DNA of 64,000 bases from the human T2T-CHM13v2.0 reference genome, Homo sapiens. Under the pieces are notes generated by a model. The model saw only the letters and a program-made list of their open reading frames with translations. It searched no databases and was not told the DNA's origin. The position numbers and the translations under genes are program-made. Numbering within the stretch: position 1 is the stretch's first letter; the number at the start of each line of letters is the position of its first letter. The stretch lies in NCBI RefSeq assembly GCF_009914755.1, contig NC_060929.1. One strand, 5' to 3'. Shown one piece after another: positions 44,079 through 64,000 of this stretch.

Positions 44079-45259
44079 CGGTGACCACAGAAAATATTCA
44101 AGGTCTGTGGGAGGTCAACACCTCTGAACCCCCTGGTGGTGGGGGGCCCTTCTGGCCCATTTGCACCTTTCTTGCTAGTGTAGAAAACCTGAAGTTATCT
44201 CAGGCTAGATATATAACCCTCACTCATGTCTGCCGGAGCTCTCCCCCAGAATATGAATCATATTTGTAGGTTTCTTTGACAACCAACCACTCATTGATAT
44301 GCTTGGAAGACTGCACCCCCACATTCCTTAAAAATACAATGGTACTCCCCCACCATAGGCAAGTCCCCGGACTCTGACACATATCTTCAATTGAAAGCAG
44401 ACCCAGAAAGGAAAAACTGCATAATACACCATCCTTTAATATTTGCCCAGAATTTCCAATACTAGAAACCCCACTGCAAAGCAGAAAGACTATCTGGTAG
44501 CTTCAAGGAACCATTTCAGGAGATTGTTGTGTGGGCCTCAGTATTCAAGGCTGCCTTAGAAGATCGTGCGATCCTCTCACTCTTCTTGCCCCAAGTACCA
44601 GAGTTAATAAGCCACTGAACCAACCAGAGGGGAATTATTTTTGGTCCCGGTTTAAAGAAAACAAAACAAGCTGTTGATTCTGCCATGACCTCTTGGGTAA
44701 TGTTGTTTCTATACCTGTGATAAACAGAAAACAACTAATAAAGGTTTATCCCGCCCTCACCCTCTTAAACCCGCTTCACAGACCTGGCTGAAACTCACAT
44801 CCAGGCGAGGCGCTCACGTGACCCGTTCTAAACGCGTCATAGGGACACGTGGTTCTAGATACTTCTCCCCCTCCCACTCAGGGGTGGATTGTTGACAAGG
44901 CCGCGGGCAGTCACGTGATCTTACATCATCCCACCTCCTTTCCCTGAAATCTCTGGCCCGGATGCGTCCCTCTTTCTCCACCCCGCCGAGCCTAAACTAG
45001 TGACGGGGAGGGAGACGGGATAGTGTTTCTGTTTCGTGGTCTTTGAATCCACAACCTCTAGTCTGAACACAGAGAACACAAATTTGTCGATTACTTCAGG
45101 AAGCCCAGGGGGAACCGCGCCCCGCTGAAGGGCTCGGGGAAGGCGCGCTCCCGCGTCCCGCCCCCTCCTCCCCCAGCACTCACACTGTGGTAGCGGCGGA
45201 GGGCGGAGGGATCCGGAGGCGGCGGAGGGAGACGTCATTGCAGGGTTGTTTGTCAGTCT

Positions 45260-45260
<1 letters not shown>

Positions 45261-45290
<30 letters not shown>
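45261..45290 (+). repeat. (GGC)10 trinucleotide repeat in the UBE2B 5' leader
   Basis: Uninterrupted ggc x10 read directly from the sequence. Confidence 0.97.
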
Positions 45291-45292
<2 letters not shown>

Positions 45293-45381
45293 TCCACAGT
45301 GATTCGGCCGCCGCGCCGGGGGGTGGGGGGGCTGCGCGGGACTTTTTTTTTTTCAGACTGACCGCGGGGCAGCTGCGGAGC

Positions 45382-45425
45382 ATGTCGACCCCGGCCCGGA
45401 GGAGGCTCATGCGGGATTTCAAGCG
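45382..45425 (+). CDS. UBE2B: UBE2B exon 1 coding part
   Basis: ATG TCG ACC... gives MSTPARRRLMRDFK(R), the invariant RAD6 N-terminus; donor CG|GTAAGG. Confidence 0.97.
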
Positions 45426-47262
45426 GTAAGGGCCTTCACCTTCGCCTAGATGACGGCCCCTCAAAGCTGCGGGGCTGCAGGGCGTGGATCCCAGACACCT
45501 TCCCCTTTGTGACCCTCAGAGGGCCGGCTGTGGGCCCAGCGGGACTGGCGGAAGCCGGGTCCTAGCCTCGGCCCTACTCCCATAAGCTTTGCCGCTCGTT
45601 CTGGCGCCCGAAGAAATTTTGATACTGCTTCCCCTCCCCACAAAAAGTAAAACGGTGTCGATCGACTGGTCTAGGGTTCCCTGCTGCCCATTTCGGCCAG
45701 CTGCCCGGCGTCTCGCCCAGGCGATCAGACATTATCCGCCCGCCCCTGCACCCTGCGGCGCCCCCTTCTTGTCCCCTCAAAGTGAGCTCCTGCGGGAGCT
45801 TGTTCCTCTCCGGCAGCACCAGTCAGCTTTGTTTCACGGCCCCGCCGTCTTCTCCGAGGAGCCGTGTTGGGGCGAACCCCTCTCCCGACTCCTGCCAATC
45901 CTTTCCATTTGTGCCCTGAGGGTGGGGTCCAGTGCGTGAGGCCCGGAGGTTAACCCATCCCCCGAAACCCGACTCTGTCCCCGCCCGCCTGAAAGGACCT
46001 TGGGAACTGACTTAGAGATCTGGGACCTTAGAGCTGGCCACCCCGGCTGCCAGTGCTTTCTGGAACTCAGCTCTGGCTGGTGAAGAAAGCCCCTATCTAT
46101 AGCCTCCCGAGTCTGGAAAAATGCCTTCCCTTAGACTGGCGCTAATCTGATACTCCCTGGGCCTCCTTTGGTAAATAAAATAGGGTTTTGTTAGGAGGTA
46201 TTGGGGTTGTGAGATAGAAAATGATTATTCCGTTGTTTACCTTTTATTGGATACTTAGAGACATAGAAAAAATAAGTGAGAAAACATCATTTTGATACTC
46301 TGCACATTTTTCTTAACATTTTTTCTGGGGACACCTGCCCTAATTGAACAAAATATCTAGCATAAAAACTTAGATTTGTCGCTCAGGAAGTCACCTCTCA
46401 GCTATTATAAAGCCTATGTGAGGCACTTGGATTTGGCCAACTTATTTAATTCATTCGTAGCTTCTCTTAGCCATTTAAAGGTAGGCGTCAAGCAGTGCAG
46501 TTCTTCTAAGGCTTCTGTTCGTGGTGGCCTAATTTGCTTGAGATTGACTAAAAACCATTTTTTTAATGTGGACTAGTTGCAAATTATGATGCCCCATGAA
46601 AAACAACTGCATATGTATTTGTGTGTGTATATAATGTAGCATTTTTAATTGAGGTTACAGTCTCTGAAAGGAGATGCCCTTTTTGGTGCAAAAGTCATCT
46701 TTCTAAAGCTTGAAATCAGCGTATTTGATTAGCACTCATGACAAATTCAGATAGTAAACTAGTTCATGTCATTGTCGCCCTGGCTCCTTACTGTAATGCT
46801 CTGCTTAATTCTGAGTTGAATGCATGGCACCTTTTGTAGTTTCCAGAGATCTGCAGGTTACAAGAATTTGACTATGACGAATGTTGGAAAGCCTTGTGTT
46901 GAGTCTCCTGATCTGAGAGGTGGATTTGGTGTTAGTGCAGAGCCTTTAAAATAGGGACTGGCAGAAAACCTACTAATTACTTTTTAAAGCCATTGCTGTT
47001 TGAAGCAAAAGGAATAGAGTAAATCTGCTGCCTAATACTAGTTTCCTAGTTAAATTTAATGTGTTTTCAGTCATTTTGTGTTTACACTGAGGTTTGCTTT
47101 TTTTTTTTTTCTTGTAGCCATTTTGCAGAAGTAGCCTGGTTAGGATACACAGTCTTTGCATGTTTAGAGCAGCAAAATCAATGGTTCTGTAAAAATATTA
47201 CTTGCTTTTGAGGTTTTAAACTTTTTTTGGTATAAGAGGACAGTCTATATACATCAATTCTT

Positions 47263-47904
47263 TTTTTTTAAATATATTTTAATTATACTTTAAGTTCTAG
47301 GGTACATGTGCACAACGTGCAGGTTTGTTACATATGTATACACATGTGCCATGTTGGTGTGCTGCACCCATTAACTCGTCACTTGCATTAGGTATATCTC
47401 CTAATGGTATCCCTCCTTTCTCCTCCCGCCCCACAACAGGCCCCTGTGTGTGATGTTCCCTTTCCTGTGTCCAAGTGTTCTCATTGTTCAATTCCCACCT
47501 ATGAGTGAGAACACGTGGTGTTTGGTTTTTTGTCCTTGCGGTAGTTTGCTGAGAATGATGGTTTCCAGCTTCATCCATGTCCCTACAAAGGACATGAACT
47601 CATCCTTTTTTATGGCTGCATAGTATTCCATGGTGTATATGTGCCACATTTTCTTAGGCTAGTCTATCATTGTTGGACATTTGGGTTGGTTCCAAGTCTT
47701 TGCTATTGTGAGTAGTGCCGCAATAAACATACGTGTGCATGTGTCTTTATAGCAGCATGATTTATATTCCTTTGGGTATATACCCAGTAATGGGATGGCT
47801 GGGTCAAATGGTATTTCTAGTTCTAGATCCCTGAGGAATCGCCATACTGTCTTCCACAATGGTTGAACTAGTTTACAGTCCCACCAACAGTGTAAAAGTG
47901 TTCC
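47263..47904 (-). mobile_element. 5'-truncated young L1PA (L1PA3/4-like) in UBE2B intron 1
   Basis: ORF2 C-terminus ([29 protein letters not shown]) plus 3' UTR and T-tract. TSD TAT(A/G)CATCAATTCTT at 47248-47262 and 47905-47919. Confidence 0.92.
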
Positions 47905-48168
47905 TATGCATCAATTCTTGAAGAGATAATATTGAAAGAGGGATGATTCTCAAGCCCTTTCAATTTTTAGATAATTTGGAGAGGTATTTAATAAGTATAT
48001 ATACCTGGTTAATATATTTAAGTCATATGGTTCATTTTAGTTCACAATAACAAGGAAATGGAGTTAGTCTGTGTCTCAAAATAGATGGTATAGTGTCTGT
48101 AGGTGTTTACGTGGCCTCCTTAGTGGCCTTAATGTTCAACTTTTTAAATTACCACGCTGGATTTCCAG

Positions 48169-48249
48169 GTTACAAGAGGACCCACCTGTGGGTGTCAGTG
48201 GCGCACCATCTGAAAACAACATCATGCAGTGGAATGCAGTTATATTTGG
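48169..48249 (+). CDS. UBE2B: UBE2B exon 2
   Basis: tttccAG|GTTACAA...TTTGG|GTGAGT; [31 protein letters not shown] and IMQW are the residues I recall as distinguishing UBE2B from UBE2A. Confidence 0.97.
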
Positions 48250-48564
48250 GTGAGTTGAAAGGTTTAACAAATAATAGGTGTGTGCTGAATCTTTAAGAAA
48301 AGTAAACATATAACAACTGTCTAGGAAAAGAAACTGAGGTGGAATGAGAGATCTTAAGGACTAAAACTGCAAGATAAATTAGAAAAAAAAAATATTTCAA
48401 TTAGAGTTTTGGCCCAGCACAGTAGTAGCTCAACGCCTGGGAGGATCGCTGGAGCCCAGGAGTTCACCAGCCTGGGCGATATAGTGAGACAGTGAGACTC
48501 TGTCCCCTCCCCACCAAAAAAAGTTTTGGCCCAGTCTGGGCAACATAGTGAGCCCTTGTCTCTA

Positions 48565-48753
<189 letters not shown>

Positions 48754-49382
48754 TCAGCAGTTATATAAAGTTTATTTGCTCTTTGATGTTATTACATATG
48801 GTTTTATAATCTCTTGGGGTTTTACTTTTAAAATACTATTCAAAACTAAATGGAATGGAATAATAAAGGAGAAACAATAAGTTACTTTATATAAAACATA
48901 TCACACAAATGCTCTCATTCTGTTGGAGCTGTTAAAAGGTTTGGAACCAAAAATATTAAGAACTTCCACTGTGGCAAGAATTTAAGCGAAAATGATTCAC
49001 AGCCCAGTGTGAAATAACAGAATGCAGCCATTTGAGAAGCAGTTGTAAATTTTACCTACTATGTATATTGCGTATATGCTTTTTAATTTAAAATTTCCTT
49101 ATGCTTTTTCTTTGGTTTTTCTAGACTTGATCTATTTTTTCTTTCATTCCTTTGAAACTAGAGTTTTGCATTAAAAAGTAAAAGGAGTATGTTGATAAAC
49201 AGAATTCTGACACTACAGAATCAGCTACAAGAGTCTACATTTAAAGACTAGTGGAAAATGAGTGAAGTTCATCCTCATAAAGTACTTCTGAATTTGAGTT
49301 GAATACATGGCACCTTCAGGATATTATCCTGCTGCTTTGAGATCCTGAATATGCCTTGCAAGTAATAATTAAACTTTATGCT

Positions 49383-49605
49383 CCATCCTGGCTAACACGG
49401 TGAAACCCCGTCTCTACTGAAAATACAAAAAAAAATTAGCCGGGCGAGGTGGCGGGCGCCTGTAGTCCCAGCTACTCGGGAGGCTGAGGCAGGAGAATGG
49501 CGTGAACCCCAGGGGGCGGAGGCTGCAGTGAGCCGAGATTGCGCCACTGCACTCCAGCCTGGGCGACAGCGAGACTCCGTCTCAAAAAAAAAAAAAAAAA
49601 AAAAA
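49383..49605 (+). mobile_element. 5'-truncated young AluY (AluYe-like)
   Basis: CpGs largely retained; GGGCGAGGTGGCGGGCG, CCCAGGGGGCGG and GACAGCGAGAC variants; long pure A tail; TSD AAACTTTATGCT (49371-82, 49606-17). Confidence 0.85.
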
Positions 49606-49859
49606 AAACTTTATGCTGCTGCTTAGGAAAGATGAAATTGGGATGTGGGGACAAGGATCTGAGCAAACAAATCTGGCTTTTTGGTGACAACTATGCTTAG
49701 CCTATTTGAACAAGAGTTATGGCTCCATTGGAAAGCAGGACACTTGGGTTTAGCATCATAACTAGAGTATTGCTTTACATCATATTGCTGTAAAATGAAA
49801 AGATGTCTTTTCCTCTTAAGAATATACATATGGGCCAGGTGCGGTGGCTCACGCCTCTA

Positions 49860-50102
<243 letters not shown>

Positions 50103-50104
50103 TC

Positions 50105-50161
<57 letters not shown>
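50105..50161. repeat. Alu A-tail followed by an (AT)~20 microsatellite, ~300 nt upstream of UBE2B micro-exon 3
   Basis: Read directly from the sequence. Confidence 0.95.
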
Positions 50162-50165
<4 letters not shown>

Positions 50166-50468
50166 CACATATGTACAAAATGACTGGTCAGTATTAATGA
50201 AAGTTTTTTTGTGCTAAAATTATGGGCAAGTTTTTTTGTTTGGTTTGGTAAAACCACCCTAAAAAGAAAGCTTAGAATGAAAGTTAATACTTTATGCCTG
50301 GGTCTATGAAAATCCAGGGCTAAGGTGTTACTAAACTCTATCTTAAAACTCCACAAATCATCAGAATGAGTCCCTCTTTTTCTGTTGAAGTTTATCCTTT
50401 CCATTCTTGAAAATCAAGAAAAAGCAGAATGAGAAACTTCTTTTAATCAGAAATCTTCTTGTTTTCAG

Positions 50469-50494
50469 ACCAGAAGGGACACCTTTTGAAGATG
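50469..50494 (+). CDS. UBE2B: UBE2B exon 3 (26-nt micro-exon)
   Basis: cttcttgttttcAG|ACCAGAAGGGACACCTTTTGAAGATG|GTAAGT; PEGTPFED, in frame between exons 2 and 4. Confidence 0.96.
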
Positions 50495-51469
50495 GTAAGT
50501 CATACTCATTATGTTTTCTATAGTGTTATGAGGTTACTTTTTAGTAGAAAATTGTAACACCAACATATCTACTTGAAGCCATTTTCTATGGTTAATAGGC
50601 CAAGTTAAAAGTAAAGCTATGGAAAATTTATACTTCATAAGGGACTTCTTCCCACAGCAGCTTGGTCACCTCCATTGGTAACCAATATTAAAGGTTACTT
50701 TAATATTTTCCTGTATAACTGTAAGCCTGGATGGCAGTGTTTATGTTGAGAATAGTTTAAATTTAGGTGGCCTTAAAGATATCTCTGAGGTGAACACCAG
50801 AAGAGTAAATCATGCTTTTTTACTTTGTTATCTTTGATATTGACAGGGTGTTGAGCTGAAATTTTTCATAAACATACATAGCTGCCAGTAGTTTCAAGTA
50901 CTACTAGCATTTAACACCCATAAGTAGTTATCATTTTGCATAATCTTTGGCATCTCAAGTTGGGTATTTTCATCAGGGGCTAGGAAAATGGGAAACTAGT
51001 TCTAATACCGAATTTATAATTGAACTTATCAAACTGATTTTAACCAGGAACTTAGACTTTTCCCAATTGTAGTGTTGGATTTTAAGAAATTATTAAACAT
51101 CTTTGTTATCATTAACAAAATGACTTCAGAATTAATCCATCAAAAATATTTATCCGAGAATACTGACTGCAGCAGTTTGTAAGGACGTAACCTGAATGTC
51201 CAGTAGGAGAAATGGTTAAGCAAATTATGATGTATCTGGATTCTGGAATATGTACCTGTTAAAGAATAAGGTAGATTTGGACATACTGTCTTAAGAGGAC
51301 AAAAAAACTGCACGATAATGTTTGTCGTAGCATCACATTTTTAGCAAATACATATATGCATGTGTGTCTATGTTAAAGGGTTATATATCAAACTGTTACC
51401 AGTGATTATCTGTTGGGGGGGTAAGGAGTTGAAGGAGGTACTTAAGGACGTTACCTTTTTTCTCTACAT

Positions 51470-54050
<2,581 letters not shown>

Positions 54051-54519
54051 TTTGTGTGTGTGAGACGGAGTCTTGCTTTGTCACCCATGCCAGAGCATAG
54101 CGGCATGATCTGGGCTCACTGCAACCTCCACCTCCTGGGAGGGTCCTTTGCCATGTGGTAGTCAGACCCTCTCAAAATCCTTTAACCAACTCCCATTCTA
54201 AGCTATAATAAACTATTTGTAGTTCTTCAAATATGCATTTTAAATCTTGGTAGCTAGGGCCTAGTTGCCTTCCAAAAATATGACAGTTAACACTCCCACC
54301 AATAGCAACATGAATGTGCTTGTTCCCCAACCGCTTGCCAATGCTGCGTGTTACCATTCTAACATAAATAGAGTATATTTAGGATGTTTTGTATGCCGAA
54401 CCAACGTTGACATACTAACTTTTATGTGGTTGTACAAAAACCAGTATGCAGTTGAGAACTGATGAAGAGATTAAAAAGTCGTGCTTGTCTTTACTATAAT
54501 TATTTTGTTTTCTCTCTAG

Positions 54520-54609
54520 GTACTTTTAAACTAGTAATAGAATTTTCTGAAGAATATCCAAATAAACCACCAACTGTTAGGTTTTTATCCAAAATGTTTC
54601 ATCCAAATG
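54520..54609 (+). CDS. UBE2B: UBE2B exon 4 (HPN motif)
   Basis: tctctctAG|GTACT...CCAAATG|GTAAGT; [30 protein letters not shown]. Confidence 0.97.
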
Positions 54610-54627
54610 GTAAGTAGCATTTTATAG

Positions 54628-57567
<2,940 letters not shown>

Positions 57568-59533
57568 AAAATAAATCTTTTCAGATACTAATTATTATTT
57601 TGATTGAGTTTTTTGTTTGTTTTTTTAATTGCTGCATAACAACTAGACTAAGTTTTTTAAACGTGGGGATTACTGGGTCAGAGGCTTGTGTGTTTTTAAA
57701 GCTTTTAATGTCATTTTCCATTTTTTTCCTTCAGTGGAATTGTTCTCATTTTCACTTCATAGAGTAGTTTGTTACTATTCTTCACTAAACGATGGCTAAT
57801 TCCTTTGTAATAAATTTGGTCTTCCTTGACATCTTGCTGTTTACATCTATTACATTTATATTTCTGGATTATAAATTACCATGTGAAAGACTTCTCCAAA
57901 TTCTTGAAGCTCCTCTTCAGTCTCACAGCCTTTGCTCATTTAAATGTGGCGTTCCCCATCAGCCAACTCACTTTCAGGAAGAACATTTTCAGAGGTCCTC
58001 TTGGTCATGTCTCTAGTACTGCAGAATACATTATAGAGCTCCCTACCCAGAGGAGAGATGTGTTTCGTTTGTGTCTGGAATCAAGGTGACTTTCCAGTAA
58101 TAGATACTACCTTTGGCACTTCATTGCTGTGAAGTTGCTTTTTCCTTCTAGCTGCCTTTTTTGCTTTTTTTTTTGTCCAAGACAGGTTTAATTTTATTTT
58201 CTGTTTCTCTTTTTGGGGAAGTTCCCAGGTCATTTACCATTTATTCCACTGTAGCTTTATCTTGCTTAGACTTGTTATTGAGTCAAACCAAACCAATTAT
58301 GATAAGGGGGTCTTTAAATAAAGGTGGGAAAGACTGTAGAATGAGTAAGGGATATAAATATAGGGTTATCACTTAAGCAAATTTTTAAGAAACCACAGTG
58401 TATTTGGTTTTCACATCTCTTCATATTTATAGCATGGTTTCCCTTTTATTCTGCTGAGTACTTTTTTATAATTTAACTTTCTGGTTTATTTTTTTAAAAA
58501 CATTTATTGAAATATAATTTACACACCAAGCTGTTGACCCACTTAAATTGTACAGCTCAAATGGTTTTTAGCATAATCATAACCATCACCATGACCACTT
58601 TAAAAACAACAAAAAGCCCCATAACTATTATCTTAGCAGTCAACTCTGTTTGTCTTAACCCTCCCCGCTTCAGTCCTAGGTGTTACCCCTAACGTGTTTT
58701 CCCTCTAGATTTGACTATTCTGGATATTTCATATAAATGGAATCTTATACTATGTGGTCCTTTGTGACTGACTTCTGTCACCCAGCATAAAGTTTTCAAG
58801 GCTCATCTATGTTGTGATATAATAGTATCTGTGATTCATTTTTTATTGTTGAATAATATTCCACTGTATGGATATTCTGTATTTTGTTCATTAGTTGATA
58901 AGATATTTGAGTTCTGATTTACTTTTGGATTCTCAGAAATAGTTACTCAGAACTTTAAAATTGTTTTACACTTTTATGGGTTTTACAGAGTTACTAATTT
59001 TTGCTTTGGGCAGCTAAGTTTGATGTTTCTGTGGGATGGACAGTAAGTTGGCTTTGAAGCTGAGAGATAGATCTAGGCTAAGGCCAATGATTGGGAATAC
59101 TGAGCACATGGATGGTAACTGAGGCCACAGGAGTCAATAGGATTGCCCAGTGTGTGTGTAAAGGGTAAGAAGGAAAAGGGCTTAGGATAGAGTCTGGAAG
59201 AATCACAGTGTTTAAGTGTGATTTGCTCCCCACTCTCTGTTATGGTTTGCTCCATGAAATGGTATCTGTAACATTTAAATGAATTTACTCTTTGTTTTAC
59301 ATAGCAGTTCACTTCTAGAAATTTTTTCTACAGATAGTCTCACAATTGGGCAAATACTTAACGTTCATTGCTTGTATTTTCACAGAATCAGTCTAAAAAG
59401 GGAAGAACCCTCCCAGATGTTCAGGACTTTTGATACCTGTTAGTCACTTGATTTTTTTTTTTAATGAAAGGAATATGTATACTCATTGCACAAATAAATC
59501 ATAAACACAAGGAAGCATAAAGAAAATAAGATA

Positions 59534-60498
<965 letters not shown>

Positions 60499-60657
60499 CT
60501 ACTTACATTTTGACATTCGGTCTTAGAAATGTTTTTTGACTACATATACTTTAAATGAATTTATATAAAACTTTTTAATCAAAATAGGAAATTATAAATA
60601 ATTAAAAACTTATTTTTAAGGTAATAGTCTGTGGATGTCTTACTCTATAAACAGTAG

Positions 60658-61044
<387 letters not shown>

Positions 61045-61280
61045 TGAGCCACTGCGCCTGGCCTTCTACTCTTATAAGTAGTATTATAGTGAACATCCTG
61101 TAAGTAAATCTTTGTGCATGTCCACGTTTATTTCCTTAATTTCTAGGAGTGTAATTGCTATGTCAAAAATAAGCAGTTTTTTAAAAGCTTTAAGAATATT
61201 TAGAAATACGGAATTTAAATAGATTGCTAAATGATGTGTGTTGAAGAAATTTAACTCAAAGCCTCCTGATCATAACATGC

Positions 61281-61960
<680 letters not shown>

Positions 61961-62130
61961 GGTGCAAAATAAGAGACCTTAGTTTTAAGACAGGTTATCC
62001 TGTGATACAGAAGAATTTAGTTATTACCTAATATTTAAAACTTCTAAGCCAAGCATTCTGTTTGGTAAAGATTTCTCTTAACTGTTAGATATGGCAGAGT
62101 GTGTAACTAATTTTAGTATTGTCTTTGCAG

Positions 62131-62219
62131 TGTATGCTGATGGTAGCATATGTTTAGATATCCTTCAGAATCGATGGAGTCCAACATATGATGTATCTTC
62201 TATCTTAACATCAATTCAG
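62131..62219 (+). CDS. UBE2B: UBE2B exon 5 (catalytic Cys88)
   Basis: tctttgcAG|TGTATG...ATTCAG|GTAAGT; [30 protein letters not shown]. The TGT at 62151-62153 counts as codon 88. The final exon is not in the window. Confidence 0.98.
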
Positions 62220-62656
62220 GTAAGTGTGTGTTAGGATGTATTATAATTTGTCAGTATTCTGTAGGATATAGTCAGCTCCTTAGCACACAGGTAACCAATG
62301 GCAGAGCTTGGACAAGAATCCATGCTTTTCAGCTAACTTTTCTCTTTCAGTAGTGCCTACTTGGGATCCAGTCTGCAGTCCCTTTCCTGATTGTGTAAGT
62401 TACATGTTCTCACAGGTCAAACCTAATTTGTGTCCATGAAGCATAGCCAAGGGTTGTGGAAAAGAAAAAATGGCTTGGAAAAACCATAGGAACCTAAAGA
62501 AACTGCCAAGTGTAGATAAGCATTGAGTATGTTACCCCATCCAAGAAATTCTATTTTAAAAAAAGAAAGGAAAACTAATGTAACCATTTGTCGAAGCAGT
62601 CTGGCAGAATATTTCAGAATAGATCTTTGAATGAAAATTTAGGAGGGGTGGAGTGA

Positions 62657-62879
<223 letters not shown>

Positions 62880-63311
62880 TAGCTAGGACTATAGGCACAT
62901 GCTACCACGCCTGGCTAAGTTTTTGTATTTTTAGTAGAGATGGGGTTTCACAGTGTTAGCCAGGATGGTCTCCATCTGACCTCATGATCCGCCCGTCTGA
63001 GCCTCCGAAAGTGTTGGGATTACAGGCGTGAGCTACTGCACCAGGCCAGTTCTGGTCATCTTACAAGCGTTGTTTTTCAACCTTCCTATCTCATTCTCTT
63101 CCTGCTAAATGTATATGTTTTGTTGATTAAAGGAAATAAGACTTATCTCCCAAATTTACTGTCAAGACATTTGCAAAGTAACTGCAGTAATAGAGTTTAA
63201 CCTTGGAAAATGTTGGTTACTGAGAATTATTGATATCTTAACCAAATTAAGCTGTTCATTTCCTTGGTTTAATGAGAACGTCTCAATATGCTTAAGAATA
63301 TTCTTTTCTGA

Positions 63312-63583
<272 letters not shown>

Positions 63584-63586
63584 TGA

Positions 63587-63787
<201 letters not shown>

Positions 63788-64000
63788 TAGGTCTTAAGGC
63801 AATTGAGAACTTTATTTCAGAAGCTTAAGTTCCTTAGCAGCAGGAAACCCCATAGTATTTATCAAATCATTTCTAAAAGTATTTAGACCCAAAATTATAT
63901 GACATGTTAATCTCTGAAGTAATTTGTTGTTTTGTATAACTTTTCTGTAATATATTCCATATCTGACCCCTGTTGGTATAAAGAACAACTATGCAAATCT

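Larger units (their letters stand above)
44750..46050. promoter_or_regulatory. CpG island promoter of UBE2B (E-boxes, GC boxes, CRE-like site)
   Basis: High GC/CpG. CACGTG at 44815, 44846 and 44912; CCGCCC GC-boxes near 44751 and 45158; GACGTCA at 45231. Spans UBE2B exon 1. Confidence 0.9.

Noticed and set aside
45461-45939. ORFs of 60-116 aa in the UBE2B CpG island/intron 1
   Set aside because: Expected by chance in GC-rich, stop-poor sequence; no recognisable domain.
63900-64000. UBE2B last exon and the ultraconserved 3' UTR element (uc.173) I recall for this gene
   Set aside because: The window ends in intron 5 before the acceptor, so neither is visible here.

Overview
Primate (very likely human, 5q31) genomic DNA carrying two divergently transcribed genes. 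CDKL3 (cyclin-dependent kinase-like 3) is on the minus strand: a non-coding first exon near 40.8 kb and coding exons at 40145-40309, 33685-33879 and 24038-24216; the window starts inside the next large intron. UBE2B (RAD6B E2 ubiquitin-conjugating enzyme) is on the plus strand: coding exons at 45382-45425, 48169-48249, 50469-50494, 54520-54609 and 62131-62219; the last exon lies beyond the window. Each gene has its own CpG-rich promoter. Most of the rest is interspersed repeat. The first 22 kb is a nested stack: an old L1M contains a complete HSMAR2 mariner, which contains a full-length L1PA and several Alus, and four different solo LTRs lie nearby. There are dozens of Alus, plus MER1A, Charlie1, MST, L2 and MIR remnants. 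Nearly all ORFs in the supplied track come from Alu or L1 sequence. I found no convincing new protein-coding system. The most notable unexplained structure is a diverged ~245-bp inverted repeat (43110-43353 / 43837-44078), matching no repeat family I recognise, between the two promoters. Next are a stop-free in-frame (GGC)10/poly-Ala 5' leader of UBE2B and several small templated-insertion scars. Repeat subfamily names come from recalled consensus sequences, not from a database search.
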